A stretch of DNA of 64,000 nt from Synergistales bacterium (GTDB lineage Bacteria > Synergistota > Synergistia > Synergistales > JAFGMB01). The translations under genes and the position numbers were made by a program. This document shows, one piece after another, positions 19,064-28,484 of this stretch (positions within the stretch are counted from its first letter, which is position 1; every line of letters starts with the position of its first letter). The DNA is taken from contig OY762654.1 in NCBI GenBank assembly GCA_963666205.1, forward strand, positions 2,624,001 through 2,688,000, written 5' to 3'. The notes beneath the pieces are model-generated. The model did not search any database. It was given only the letters and a program-made list of their open reading frames with translations, and was not told the DNA's origin.

Positions 19064-19852
19064 ATGGATTTGGGACCTGTAATAGCTGTTGCCAATCAAA
19101 AGGGAGGGGTCGGTAAAACTACCCTTGCTGTTAACATTGCGGCATGTATATCCTATAGGTGGAAAGATACGGGAAGGCGAATACTTCTAGTGGATACTGA
19201 CCATCAGGCCAATGCTTCCTACATACTTTCCCGGGATTCGGGCAAATACGAGGAGACTCTTGCGGCTATCTATCAGGATGAAATAGCCCGGGATTACGGA
19301 GACCTGATTCAGGCTACCAATGTTTCGGGAGTAGATATTGTGCCTGCATCTCCCATGATGGCCTCTGAAGAGATGAAGCTTGCCAGTAGGGAGAAGAAGG
19401 GTTACAGGCTCAAGTATTTCCTGGAGTTCAATGCTTCAAATTATGATCTGGTTATTATAGACTGCCCGCCAGCTATAAATCTGTTTGTTCTCAATGCTTT
19501 TTATGTTGCAGACCAGATACTTGTTCCCCTTCCTCCTGAAGATCTGGCTATACAGGGATTCCAGCAGTTGATGGCCCAGGTCCAGGCTGTAAGAGAAGTA
19601 AACCCTGGCTTGTCATTCCTTGGCGTAGTTGTCAACATGCTTACCGATAGAGTACGGATACACAGGGAGATAAGGTGTTTCCTGGAAGAAGAATTTGGTG
19701 ATAAGCTATTGGGCATAATACACAGGTCTGTCAGGATACAGGAGGCAGAAGCCATGAATCTGACCCTTCTCGATTATTCAAGAACCTCCCGTTCTTTCAA
19801 GGAATTTCTTGGAGTTGCTGACAATATTATTGAAGATCTGGGGTTGAAATAG
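19064..19852 (+). CDS. ParA/Soj family ATPase
   Basis: IAVANQKGGVGKTT deviant Walker A, LVDTDHQAN, IIDCPP, IHRSVRIQEA. Confidence 0.95.
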   Translation: MDLGPVIAVANQKGGVGKTTLAVNIAACISYRWKDTGRRILLVDTDHQANASYILSRDSGKYEETLAAIYQDEIARDYGDLIQATNVSGVDIVPASPMMASEEMKLASREKKGYRLKYFLEFNASNYDLVIIDCPPAINLFVLNAFYVADQILVPLPPEDLAIQGFQQLMAQVQAVREVNPGLSFLGVVVNMLTDRVRIHREIRCFLEEEFGDKLLGIIHRSVRIQEAEAMNLTLLDYSRTSRSFKEFLGVADNIIEDLGLK

Positions 19853-19853
19853 A

Positions 19854-21638
19854 ATGGGGCAGAAAAAATTCAGATACAGTAAGCATAATCCGCTCAAAGA
19901 ACTTGTCATTGAAACTTTCGGGGATGAAAAGACAGAAGCGGAGAAAAAGGAAATAACTGATAATGACCAGAGATCGTCCAAGGATATCCCGGTAAGAATA
20001 AGGGAGAATCCATCAGAAAATCTTTCTGATTCTGAATCTGAGCACGAAAATCTTCCAGAGCCTTTTGCCAGGGATAATTCATCGGAAACGGCAGAAGAAA
20101 GTCAGTTTGAAACTGAAAGTGTTCCTGATAACAGGGGGAGTTCCGGATCGATTGAAGATGGTCCATCTCTTCCAGCTCCATCAGTGATCGCATCCTTTCT
20201 ACCTAATTCCATAAGTCTGGATTCCCTCCGTCAGTCCAGCATCCTGCCTATAAGGATAAACGAAAATGTTCTGACAGTTGCTGTGCCCACCATGGATCTT
20301 TATCCCAGTGCCCAGATGCTTGGAAGTGTTTTCGGAAGGGCAGTGGAGATAGAGATACATGATCAGCAGATGATAGACAGGATAATCAGGATTCTTTACG
20401 ATATCAGGAGTGGAGTAGCGGATGAAACGGTCCAGGCTGTCGAGGGGATAGAGGATATAAACGATCTGACAAGGGAGGATGTGTTGAGCGACTCTGTTGA
20501 TGTTCCTGTCATCAAACTTGTTAATGGACTTATTCTCGATGCAACCCGCCAGAGAGCGACAGATATCCATGTAGAACCTTATGAAGACCATGTTCAGGTA
20601 AGATTTCGTATTGACGGAGTCCTTCATGACAGGTTGCGTCTGCCAAGAACCCATCAGGCACCGCTTACAAGCAGGATTAAGGTAATGGCAAGGCTTGACA
20701 TAGCAGAACATATGATACCCCAGGATGGAAGGATCGGTATCACCATAGGTGGTCGAGCTGTAGATATAAGGATAGGGATTGTTCCAACCCAGCACGGAGA
20801 GAGAATTGCTCTGAGGGTTCTCGACAAGGCCCAGGGTGTATTGACGCTTGAAGAACTGGGGATGGCGAAAATTGAAAGAGAGAGCATGGATGAGCTCATA
20901 AGATCTCCACATGGAATGATCCTTTTTACCGGCCCTACAGGTTCGGGTAAGACCACCACTATGTATGCCATACTTCAGGCTCTTTCCAGACCGGAAGTGA
21001 ATATTATAACTGTAGAGGATCCTATAGAGTACGATCTGCCTGGAGTGGCACAGATACAGGTCAATGAAAAAGCAGGAGTGACCTTTGCTTCTGCTCTGCG
21101 ATCCATACTGCGACAGGATCCGGATATAGTAATGATAGGTGAAATGAGAGATTATGATACGGCTCATATTGGTGTACAGGCTTCACTTACCGGTCATCTT
21201 GTTCTCTCCACTCTTCACACAAATGATTCGGTGAGTGCGGTAATAAGATTGATAGATATGGGGGTAGAGCCCTACCTGGCCTCCGGGTCCCTTATCGGAG
21301 TAGTTGCCCAGAGACTGGTCAGAAGGATCTGCCCGGAGTGCAGGTATAGAATTGCCCCCCCTGCCATCATAAGATCCCAGGGGGTAGATACTGCATATAT
21401 GGGAAAGGGATGCGAACATTGTAAATGGACCGGTTATCATGGCAGGGTTGGTCTATACGAGCATTTTCTTGTAAGCAATGTTATTGCAGAGGCTATCTCT
21501 TCTTCCGCCCCGGCTTCGAGATTAAGAGAGCTTGCAAGGGAACAGGGTTTCAAAACTTTATGGGAAATAGGTCTTAATGCAGTTTCATCAGGTATAACTT
21601 CTCCGGAAGAACTTCTCCGCGTGACAGGAGAGGATTAA
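19854..21638 (+). CDS. gspE: T2SS ATPase GspE with atypical N-terminal extension
   Basis: ATDIHVEP, PQDGRI, GPTGSGKTTT, TVEDPIEY, LRQDPDIVMIGEMRD, GHLVLSTLHTN, CPEC..CEHC. Confidence 0.95.
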   Translation: MGQKKFRYSKHNPLKELVIETFGDEKTEAEKKEITDNDQRSSKDIPVRIRENPSENLSDSESEHENLPEPFARDNSSETAEESQFETESVPDNRGSSGSIEDGPSLPAPSVIASFLPNSISLDSLRQSSILPIRINENVLTVAVPTMDLYPSAQMLGSVFGRAVEIEIHDQQMIDRIIRILYDIRSGVADETVQAVEGIEDINDLTREDVLSDSVDVPVIKLVNGLILDATRQRATDIHVEPYEDHVQVRFRIDGVLHDRLRLPRTHQAPLTSRIKVMARLDIAEHMIPQDGRIGITIGGRAVDIRIGIVPTQHGERIALRVLDKAQGVLTLEELGMAKIERESMDELIRSPHGMILFTGPTGSGKTTTMYAILQALSRPEVNIITVEDPIEYDLPGVAQIQVNEKAGVTFASALRSILRQDPDIVMIGEMRDYDTAHIGVQASLTGHLVLSTLHTNDSVSAVIRLIDMGVEPYLASGSLIGVVAQRLVRRICPECRYRIAPPAIIRSQGVDTAYMGKGCEHCKWTGYHGRVGLYEHFLVSNVIAEAISSSAPASRLRELAREQGFKTLWEIGLNAVSSGITSPEELLRVTGED

Positions 21639-21639
21639 T

Positions 21640-22788
21640 TTGCCACAGTTTGCTTACACTGCTTACGATAACAAAGGAAAAGTGAAAAAGGGTTTCATGG
21701 AAGGTTCAGCCTCTTCTGCTGTGATAGGACAGCTCGAAAGCAGGGGCTTCATTGTCGTTGAAGTCAACCAGATTGTAAAAACCAGGAAAAAGGGCAGGAT
21801 AAGATCCCTTCCTCTGGAAGCACAGGCCATGTTCTGTCGAAGTATTTCGTCATATCTTAAAAGCGGACTTTCTCTTACGGATACTCTTAAGCTTCTTGCC
21901 AAACAGTCTTCGGAGAAAAAGGTCTCTGATGCCTATGCCTCTATACTTGAAGAGATACAGGCAGGACGAAAGTTTTCTGTTGCTCTCGAGGATCTGGGTA
22001 TCTTCCGGGAAAGCCTGAGGCGAGTAGTGGAATCCGGAGAGCAGAGCGGAACCCTTATAGATGTCCTGAAGCAGACGGCAGATCAGCTTAAACTCGAAAT
22101 ATCTCTGAGGCGCAAAGTTCGAGCTGCCTTGACATATCCCATTGTTATGGTTTTTGTCGGTATTGGTGTTGTATCCTTTCTGTTAGCTTATGTGGTTCCA
22201 AAGCTGGCAGATCTTTTTGCAGACATGGGACAGGATCTTCCCATCCCCACCAGGATCCTGTTAACTTCCTCTGAAATTATTAAAACTGGAGCAATACCAT
22301 TTCTTATCCTGATCCTTATGGCATCTTTATACTTTCGCCGAAAGAAGAAAGACCTTCCCTTTTTTCGTAAATTAAGGGAAAAAATAACCATATCTGTGGT
22401 AACTTCCCAACTGGGTACACTTCTGGATTCAGGGATTCCCCTGGTTCAGGCCCTTCGCATGTCTGCTCCGATGGATCGCAGGGCGGAGAGATGGCTTCAT
22501 GTAGCAGGTCTTGTCAAAGAGGGTTACCGTTTTGATACGGCTCTTGAAAGGGAGGGTTCTTTTCCCGAAGAAATGCTATATATTATCCGTGTTGGAGAAA
22601 TGGGAGGGGATCTCTCGGGATCATTAAGACACATATCTGAAAATAACTGGGAGATCGCAGAGAGCCAGATGGAAAGGCTGGCTTCTCTTATAGAACCGGT
22701 AATGGTACTTTCTCTCGGTTTAATTGTCGGTTTTATTGTTGTAGCCATTTTGTTGCCTATCTTTGATCTATCAAGCCTAGTAAAATAA
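21640..22788 (+). CDS. gspF: T2SS inner membrane platform GspF
   Basis: MPQFAYTAYD, GEQSGTL, ALTYP, VGEMGGDL, LIEPVM, AILLPIF. Confidence 0.95.
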   Translation: MPQFAYTAYDNKGKVKKGFMEGSASSAVIGQLESRGFIVVEVNQIVKTRKKGRIRSLPLEAQAMFCRSISSYLKSGLSLTDTLKLLAKQSSEKKVSDAYASILEEIQAGRKFSVALEDLGIFRESLRRVVESGEQSGTLIDVLKQTADQLKLEISLRRKVRAALTYPIVMVFVGIGVVSFLLAYVVPKLADLFADMGQDLPIPTRILLTSSEIIKTGAIPFLILILMASLYFRRKKKDLPFFRKLREKITISVVTSQLGTLLDSGIPLVQALRMSAPMDRRAERWLHVAGLVKEGYRFDTALEREGSFPEEMLYIIRVGEMGGDLSGSLRHISENNWEIAESQMERLASLIEPVMVLSLGLIVGFIVVAILLPIFDLSSLVK

Positions 22789-22837
22789 TATGGTCTTTAT
22801 CTTTTGCAGCCCGAAGAAAATAACAGGAGGTGTCTGG

Positions 22838-23272
22838 ATGTCCTTTCGGAAGAGCAGGTTTAGAGGGGGTTTCACCCTGGTTGAGATCCTGGTGGTCGTA
22901 GTCATACTTGGTTTGCTTGCAACCCTTGTTGCACCCAGAGTGATAGGAAGAGGAGAAGAGGCCAAAAGAACGTCTACCCTTGTTCAGATAAGGGAGATAG
23001 AACAGGCTCTGGATCTTTATAAACTGGATAATGGTTTTTATCCTGTAACAGATCAAGGTCTTGAAGCCCTGGTAACAAAACCGGCATCATCCCCTGAGCC
23101 TTTGAAATACAGGAATGAAGGCTACATGAAAAAAGTGCCCCTCGACCCTTGGGGAAGTCCTTATGTATACCGTTGTCCGGGAGATCATGGGGAATATGAC
23201 CTTTTCTCCTATGGACCGGATGCTGAGGAAGGTGGAGAAGGGAAGAACCAGGATATAACAAGCTGGGAATGA
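22838..23272 (+). CDS. gspG: T2SS major pseudopilin GspG
   Basis: G|FTLVEILVVVVILGLLA, ALDLYKLDNGFYP..QGLEALV, DPWGSPYVY, SYGPD; ATG after SD AGGAGG. Confidence 0.96.
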   Translation: MSFRKSRFRGGFTLVEILVVVVILGLLATLVAPRVIGRGEEAKRTSTLVQIREIEQALDLYKLDNGFYPVTDQGLEALVTKPASSPEPLKYRNEGYMKKVPLDPWGSPYVYRCPGDHGEYDLFSYGPDAEEGGEGKNQDITSWE

Positions 23273-23724
23273 TACCTTCTAATGCCATCAAGGAGGGACA
23301 TGCGGGTTTTACCCTGGTAGAACTGGTTATCACCGTAGCCTTGATAGGGCTAATCTCCTTTACCCTTTTTCCGCGTATCACTACTGAAAGGGATAATAAT
23401 GAAACGCTTCTTCTCCAGAGATCTATTTACGAAGCCATGGATGTTGCATCCAGTGGTTATCCCCTCCGGTTCATCATCGATTTAAAGGGGAAACTTAAAG
23501 CAGAAGTTCTGGTGATAACTGAAGACCTGGGAGAACAATGGAATAAACTTGAACTTAAATGGCTTCCAGTAAATTCCGGATGGAAGTCAGAGGCTACTGT
23601 GTTCTATATCTATCCCGATGGAACATGTTCTCCCTGGCATCTTGTTCTTGAAAAGAAAGATTATAGAACGGTTTACCTGGTATCAGTGACCGGACATGTT
23701 TACGAAGTTAAAGGCTCGCCCTAG
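23269..23724 (+). CDS. gspH: T2SS minor pseudopilin, GspH-like
   Basis: AG|FTLVELVI, YPDGTCSP; follows gspG. Confidence 0.75.
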   Translation: MIPSNAIKEGHAGFTLVELVITVALIGLISFTLFPRITTERDNNETLLLQRSIYEAMDVASSGYPLRFIIDLKGKLKAEVLVITEDLGEQWNKLELKWLPVNSGWKSEATVFYIYPDGTCSPWHLVLEKKDYRTVYLVSVTGHVYEVKGSP

Positions 23725-23738
23725 GGCGAGCCTTTAAC
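23707..23738. terminator. Perfect 32-bp palindrome, likely bidirectional terminator between gspH and the glutamine synthetase gene
   Basis: GTTAAAGGCTCGCCCT/AGGGCGAGCCTTTAAC centred on the gspH stop, between convergent genes. Confidence 0.7.
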
Positions 23739-23768
23739 AATGGAGGTATGTTGCAGGTCCCGTATGTA

Positions 23769-25877
23769 TCAGGAAATATTAAGGAGCTCTCTATATCTTG
23801 GGTAAGGCCAGATGTCGTGATCAATAATCCTTTCGCAGCTGTCACACATTTCTCTTATTGCAGAGAAAAGATCCAGTCCCTCCTCAGTGAGTACCTTTGC
23901 CTGTTCTTCCAGTTTAAGGGGCTGAACCCTGTTTCTCAGATCATCCAGTTTTTCAATTGAAGAGATAAGACCGGACTTGAGCCTCGTCAGCCTTCCGAGG
24001 TAGCCATTCCAGGGTTTCAGATCAAATTCTCCTTCAGGTACGGCACTTAGAGCCTTATTTTCGAGTGCCATCTGTTTGGATATGGCTGGAAGGATGCCTT
24101 CCCAGACCATCGAATCAAGCATTCCCATCTCGATGTCCAGAGTCTTTACATACTGTTCGAGTCGTATTTCATAGTATGCATCTATCTCTCTATCGGTCAT
24201 TATATTAAGGCTTGAAAGGAGTTCCCTGTATTCAGGAACGAGATAAAGTTCCAGAGCTTCAGGAGTAGTATTGGCCATGGTTAGACCCCTTTTCTTTGCT
24301 TCTTCAAGCCATTCTTCGGAGTAACAATTACCTTCAAATCGAATAGCACTGCTTTCCCGGGCTGCGAACTTGATGGAGTCAAGGGCAGCATCGATAACGT
24401 CAACTTCGTTCATTCGAGCCTCTATCTTTCCAGCTATCTCGTTAAGGCCCCAGGCCCATATTGCACATATCATTGTAAGAGGCCCCCCCATGGCTTGTGG
24501 AGCTCCCGGAGCGCGGAATTCGAACTTGTTACCCGTGAATGCCATTGGTGCAGTCCTGTTCCTGTCCGTATTATCCATTATAATTGCCGGGAGCCGGTTA
24601 AGGCCAAGGTCCATGGTGTTTTTAGTGGGAAGATCTTCTGGAAGTCCTTTCTCGATCTTATCAAGAAGGTCGGTAAGTTCCTTACCCAGGAATACGCTCA
24701 TGATAGCTGGAGGTGCCTCGTTACCTCCAAGTCTGTGCATGTTGCCAGGTGAAGCAATAGATGCCCTTAGTAGATCTATATACCTGGAGAGACCATATAG
24801 AAGTCCTCCGAGGAAAGTAAGGAACTGAACATTCCTTCTTGAATTGGTGGAAGGCTGAAGAAGGTTCCTTCCCTCACTGTCCATTATGGAAAAGTTTGTG
24901 TGTTTTCCGCTTCCGTTCAAACCAGCAAAGGGCTTTTCATGGAGAAGAAGGCTTAGATTATGTCTCCTGGCCATCTTTCGAAGAGTTTCCATGATAAGCT
25001 GGTTCTGGTCACAGCCCAGGTTTGCTTCTGTGAACTGCGGTGCGCATTCGAACTGGCAGGGAGCAACCTCATTGTGGCGTGTTGTCAGGACTACTCCAAG
25101 GCGGTAGAGATCCCTCTCTACATCTTCCATGAAGGACAATATCCTCGGGTGGATGGAACCGAAATAATGGTCTTCCATCTGCTGTCCCTTTGGAGGAGGA
25201 GATCCTATGATACTTCTTCCACAGAACTGTAGATCTGGTCTTTTCCTGGCGATATCGTTGTCTACCAGAAAATACTCCTGCTCCCCTCCCACTGTTACCT
25301 TTGCCCATTTAACCCCACGATTCCCGAAAAGTTTCAATACTCTCATGGCTGCCTCTTCGACTGCATTGAGAGATTTCATAAGAGGGGTCTTGGTATCCAG
25401 GGGAGTTCCGTCATAGGATATGAAAACAGAAGGTATACAGAGTGTCCCACCCTTTTTACTCTTGATTATATAGGCTGGACTGGTGGGGTCCCATGCAGTA
25501 TATCCCCGGGCCTCGAAGGTTGCGCGGAGACCTCCGGAAGGAAAAGAAGATGCATCCGGCTCACTCTGTACAAGTTCCTGCCCCTTAAAGGATTCAAGGG
25601 GTATTCCCGTTTCATCGACCGTGAGAAATGCCATATGCTTTTCGGCAGTGGCTTCTGTTCTTGGCTGGAACCAGTGGGTATAATGTGTTGCTCCGTTTGA
25701 GATAGCCCATTCCTTCATTGCAGAGGCTACCATATCTGCAATTCCGGGATCGAGTTTCTGGCCACCCTCAATTGAATCCAGCAGTTTTCTGAAAACCTCT
25801 TTTGGAAGTCTCTCCCTCATTACCTTTCTGTCGAAAACATTTACTCCGAAAATTTCCTTGGGTCTTTCGAAAGACAT
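23769..25877 (-). CDS. Glutamine synthetase type III
   Basis: GATHYTHWFQP, EPDASSFPSGGLRATFEARGYTAWD, HNEVAP, HEKPFAGLNGSGKH, DRNRTAPMAFTGNKFEFRA; ATG 25877 after SD GAGGTG. Confidence 0.96.
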   Translation of the reverse strand: MSFERPKEIFGVNVFDRKVMRERLPKEVFRKLLDSIEGGQKLDPGIADMVASAMKEWAISNGATHYTHWFQPRTEATAEKHMAFLTVDETGIPLESFKGQELVQSEPDASSFPSGGLRATFEARGYTAWDPTSPAYIIKSKKGGTLCIPSVFISYDGTPLDTKTPLMKSLNAVEEAAMRVLKLFGNRGVKWAKVTVGGEQEYFLVDNDIARKRPDLQFCGRSIIGSPPPKGQQMEDHYFGSIHPRILSFMEDVERDLYRLGVVLTTRHNEVAPCQFECAPQFTEANLGCDQNQLIMETLRKMARRHNLSLLLHEKPFAGLNGSGKHTNFSIMDSEGRNLLQPSTNSRRNVQFLTFLGGLLYGLSRYIDLLRASIASPGNMHRLGGNEAPPAIMSVFLGKELTDLLDKIEKGLPEDLPTKNTMDLGLNRLPAIIMDNTDRNRTAPMAFTGNKFEFRAPGAPQAMGGPLTMICAIWAWGLNEIAGKIEARMNEVDVIDAALDSIKFAARESSAIRFEGNCYSEEWLEEAKKRGLTMANTTPEALELYLVPEYRELLSSLNIMTDREIDAYYEIRLEQYVKTLDIEMGMLDSMVWEGILPAISKQMALENKALSAVPEGEFDLKPWNGYLGRLTRLKSGLISSIEKLDDLRNRVQPLKLEEQAKVLTEEGLDLFSAIREMCDSCERIIDHDIWPYPRYRELLNIS

Positions 25878-26266
25878 ATGGTTTTCACCTCGTTCTTTAG
25901 TATAGTCAGAAAAAGAATATTGCATTATATATCATGAATCTAAAAAACATGCAAGCAATTTCACAAAAAGAGTGTCTAGTAAACTGGATATCATGCAAAA
26001 AAGAATAAATAAAGCCAAATAAGCATGTTTACATTGTCGTAATTATAGATATATAAGTCTGGATATGATTCTTCTGAGTGATAAGAAAGGGAAATATATT
26101 TTCAATTCTCAAGAATGCGGGGTCTGTATCAATTTACAAACTACCATTTAGAATGTGCAGAATAAAAATAGAATCTTCTCTTTTATCAAGTTATCTTCTA
26201 TGGACATAAATTGATGTAAAATCTAAGATAGAAATAATATTCAATTTGATAGAGGAGTGGTCTTCC

Positions 26267-26632
26267 TTGTTATTGAAACGTGTTTTTACCTTCGATGCAG
26301 CTCATAATCTGACCTGTTATCATGGAAAATGTGAAGCCCTTCATGGGCATACCTATAAACTGGTTATAACTGTGAAGGGACAGCCCGATCAAGAGGGGAT
26401 GATAATCGATTTTCTGGAGATCAAGTCTTTAGTTTCCGAAAAGGTAATTCATAAACTTGATCATTCATACATCAACAAGATAATATCTCAGCCGACTGCA
26501 GAGAATATAGCCAAATGGATATGGGGAGAGATCGCTTCTGACCTGCAGAGGCCTAACTGTTCCCTTTGGGAAGTGGAAGTGTGGGAAACTCCCAGGAACG
26601 GGGCAGTACTCTCAAGGGAGGATATGGAATGA
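26267..26632 (+). CDS. queD: 6-carboxy-5,6,7,8-tetrahydropterin synthase
   Basis: FDAAHNL..YHGKCEALHGHTY, LDHSYIN, PTAENIA, VWETP. Confidence 0.92.
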   Translation: MLLKRVFTFDAAHNLTCYHGKCEALHGHTYKLVITVKGQPDQEGMIIDFLEIKSLVSEKVIHKLDHSYINKIISQPTAENIAKWIWGEIASDLQRPNCSLWEVEVWETPRNGAVLSREDME

Positions 26633-27405
26633 AAGATATCCAGAAAGAGCATGATCCCCGAAATATACCCATTGACAAGGTGGGTGTGAAGGATGTTTCC
26701 TATCCTGTAACTCTTCTTGATCCTGAATTCAAGGAACAGCAGACGGTAGCCAATGTGAGTATGGCCGTTTCTCTACCAAGGGATACAAGGGGAACTCATA
26801 TGAGCCGATTTATCGGTCTTCTCAATGAATTCCAGGGGAAGATAACCCTGTCCAACCTTGAGAATATGACTGATATCCTGAAAGAGAAACTAGAGGCAGA
26901 AAAGGCTGAAATTTCCTTCGTGTTCCCTTATTTTATTCAGAAAAGCGCTCCTGTAAGCGGGATATTGAGCTATTCCAGATATGATGTCACCTTCTGGGCT
27001 TCAAAGGAAGGATCCTCCTTTGATTTTATCCTTCAAGTTGTTGTTCCGGTTCAGACCCTTTGTCCCTGTTCTAAGGAAATAGCAGATACAGGAGCTCATA
27101 ACCAGAGGGCAGCAGTGACTATTGCAGTTCGAATGAGCAGTCTTGTATGGATAGAAGAACTCGTAAAAATTGGTGAAATCAGCTCTTCTGCCCCTTTATA
27201 CACTCTCCTGAAAAGGGAAGACGAAAAATACGTAACAGAGCTTGCCTATGGTAATCCCCGGTTTGTGGAGGACGTAGTCAGAGATGCAGCCCTGGCTCTT
27301 GATTCTGATGATCGCATTACATGGTACAGAATACATACCGTAAGCAATGAAAGTATCCATAATCATGATGCTTTTGCAGAAATAGAAAAATGGAAGAACG
27401 TTTAA
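26629..27405 (+). CDS. folE2: GTP cyclohydrolase IB
   Basis: GTHMSRF, TLCPCSKEI..GAHNQR, LKREDEK, NPRFVEDVVR, ESIHNHDA; ATGA overlap with queD. Confidence 0.96.
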   Translation: MKDIQKEHDPRNIPIDKVGVKDVSYPVTLLDPEFKEQQTVANVSMAVSLPRDTRGTHMSRFIGLLNEFQGKITLSNLENMTDILKEKLEAEKAEISFVFPYFIQKSAPVSGILSYSRYDVTFWASKEGSSFDFILQVVVPVQTLCPCSKEIADTGAHNQRAAVTIAVRMSSLVWIEELVKIGEISSSAPLYTLLKREDEKYVTELAYGNPRFVEDVVRDAALALDSDDRITWYRIHTVSNESIHNHDAFAEIEKWKNV

Positions 27406-27485
27406 AACAATAGGAAACCAGGAAGAATATTCTTTTCTGAAATATCTTGTAGAACTCCACAAAAACGGTTTAAGAGGTGATATGG

Positions 27486-28448
27486 ATGAAAGTGCTCTTT
27501 GCAGGAAAACCCTTCGAGAGATTAATGGATGTGATAAAACCGGCCTTCAGATATCATGAGATAAGGATAGCCGATGACAAGGATCTTGCGAATGAGATCG
27601 GATGGGCAGAAGCTATCATTCTCCGCCCCATCCCTTTTGGAGAAAAGCTTTTATCAAGAGCACCTGAACTGATGCTTGCTCAACAGTGGGGAGTAGGAGT
27701 AGAGGGGCTGGATATTGAAGCCTGTACCAGACATAATGTCAGGGCTTGTAACGTTCCTTCAAGGGGTACGGGAAACGCCGAAGGAGTGGCCGAGATAGCT
27801 GTTTTACATATGATGCTTCTGGCCAGGAGATATGCCAGGGCAAGGGAAAAGCTTCTTCAGGGCAAAGTGTTTACTCCCCCTGGAATAACTCTATGGAAAA
27901 AGAAGGCTTGCGTTATAGGCCTGGGAAATGTTGGACATTGTGTCGTGGAGAGACTCAATGGACTGGGAATGGAAGTAGTCGGAGTAAACAGGGATCTTTC
28001 AAAGGGTTATGGGGATTGGGGGTTGAGAGCTCTTTTCCCTCTCGATGAAATCAATAAGGCAGTTCAGGGATGCAGGTTCGTTATTATCTGTCTTGCCCTT
28101 ACCCCTGATACTGAAGGGCTTATAGATGAAAAAGTGTTGCAGTCCATGGATAGGGGTTCCTTTTTGATCAATGTGGCCAGAGGTTCCATAGTCGACAGAA
28201 AATCTCTGGAAAAAGCATTGGAGGAACAATGGATAAGTGGTGTCGGTCTTGATGTCCTCTGGGAAGAACCCCCCAGAGTGGATGATCCCATCTTCAACGA
28301 TAGCAGGATCACCATCACTCCCCACATAGGTGGTGTGACAGATGCATCAATGGAAGGGGTTCTTGGTTTTATAGTAGAGAATGTTGACAGAGTAGCCTCT
28401 GGCAGGTTGCCGAAATCCTGTCTGAACCCTCCAACACCTGGGCAATAA
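27486..28448 (+). CDS. D-isomer-specific 2-hydroxyacid dehydrogenase
   Basis: IGLGNVG, INVARG, LDVLWEEP, ITPHIGG. Confidence 0.9.
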   Translation: MKVLFAGKPFERLMDVIKPAFRYHEIRIADDKDLANEIGWAEAIILRPIPFGEKLLSRAPELMLAQQWGVGVEGLDIEACTRHNVRACNVPSRGTGNAEGVAEIAVLHMMLLARRYARAREKLLQGKVFTPPGITLWKKKACVIGLGNVGHCVVERLNGLGMEVVGVNRDLSKGYGDWGLRALFPLDEINKAVQGCRFVIICLALTPDTEGLIDEKVLQSMDRGSFLINVARGSIVDRKSLEKALEEQWISGVGLDVLWEEPPRVDDPIFNDSRITITPHIGGVTDASMEGVLGFIVENVDRVASGRLPKSCLNPPTPGQ

Positions 28449-28484
28449 AGTCATGGGATCTGCTGTTTTCGGGATGAATAGCGA

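Noticed and set aside
19226-19239. NBS-like CTTTCCCGGGATTC inside parA (similar partial matches near 51124 and 62657)
   Set aside because: Only 10/14 match to ATTTCCCGGGAAAT, as expected by chance; no perfect NBS or parS was seen by eye
20199-21167. 322-aa minus-strand ORF
   Set aside because: Antisense shadow of gspE with no motifs
25926-26245. AT-rich divergent spacer checked for a preQ1 riboswitch and nitrogen-regulator boxes
   Set aside because: No preQ1 core or convincing palindrome; only short CATG repeats
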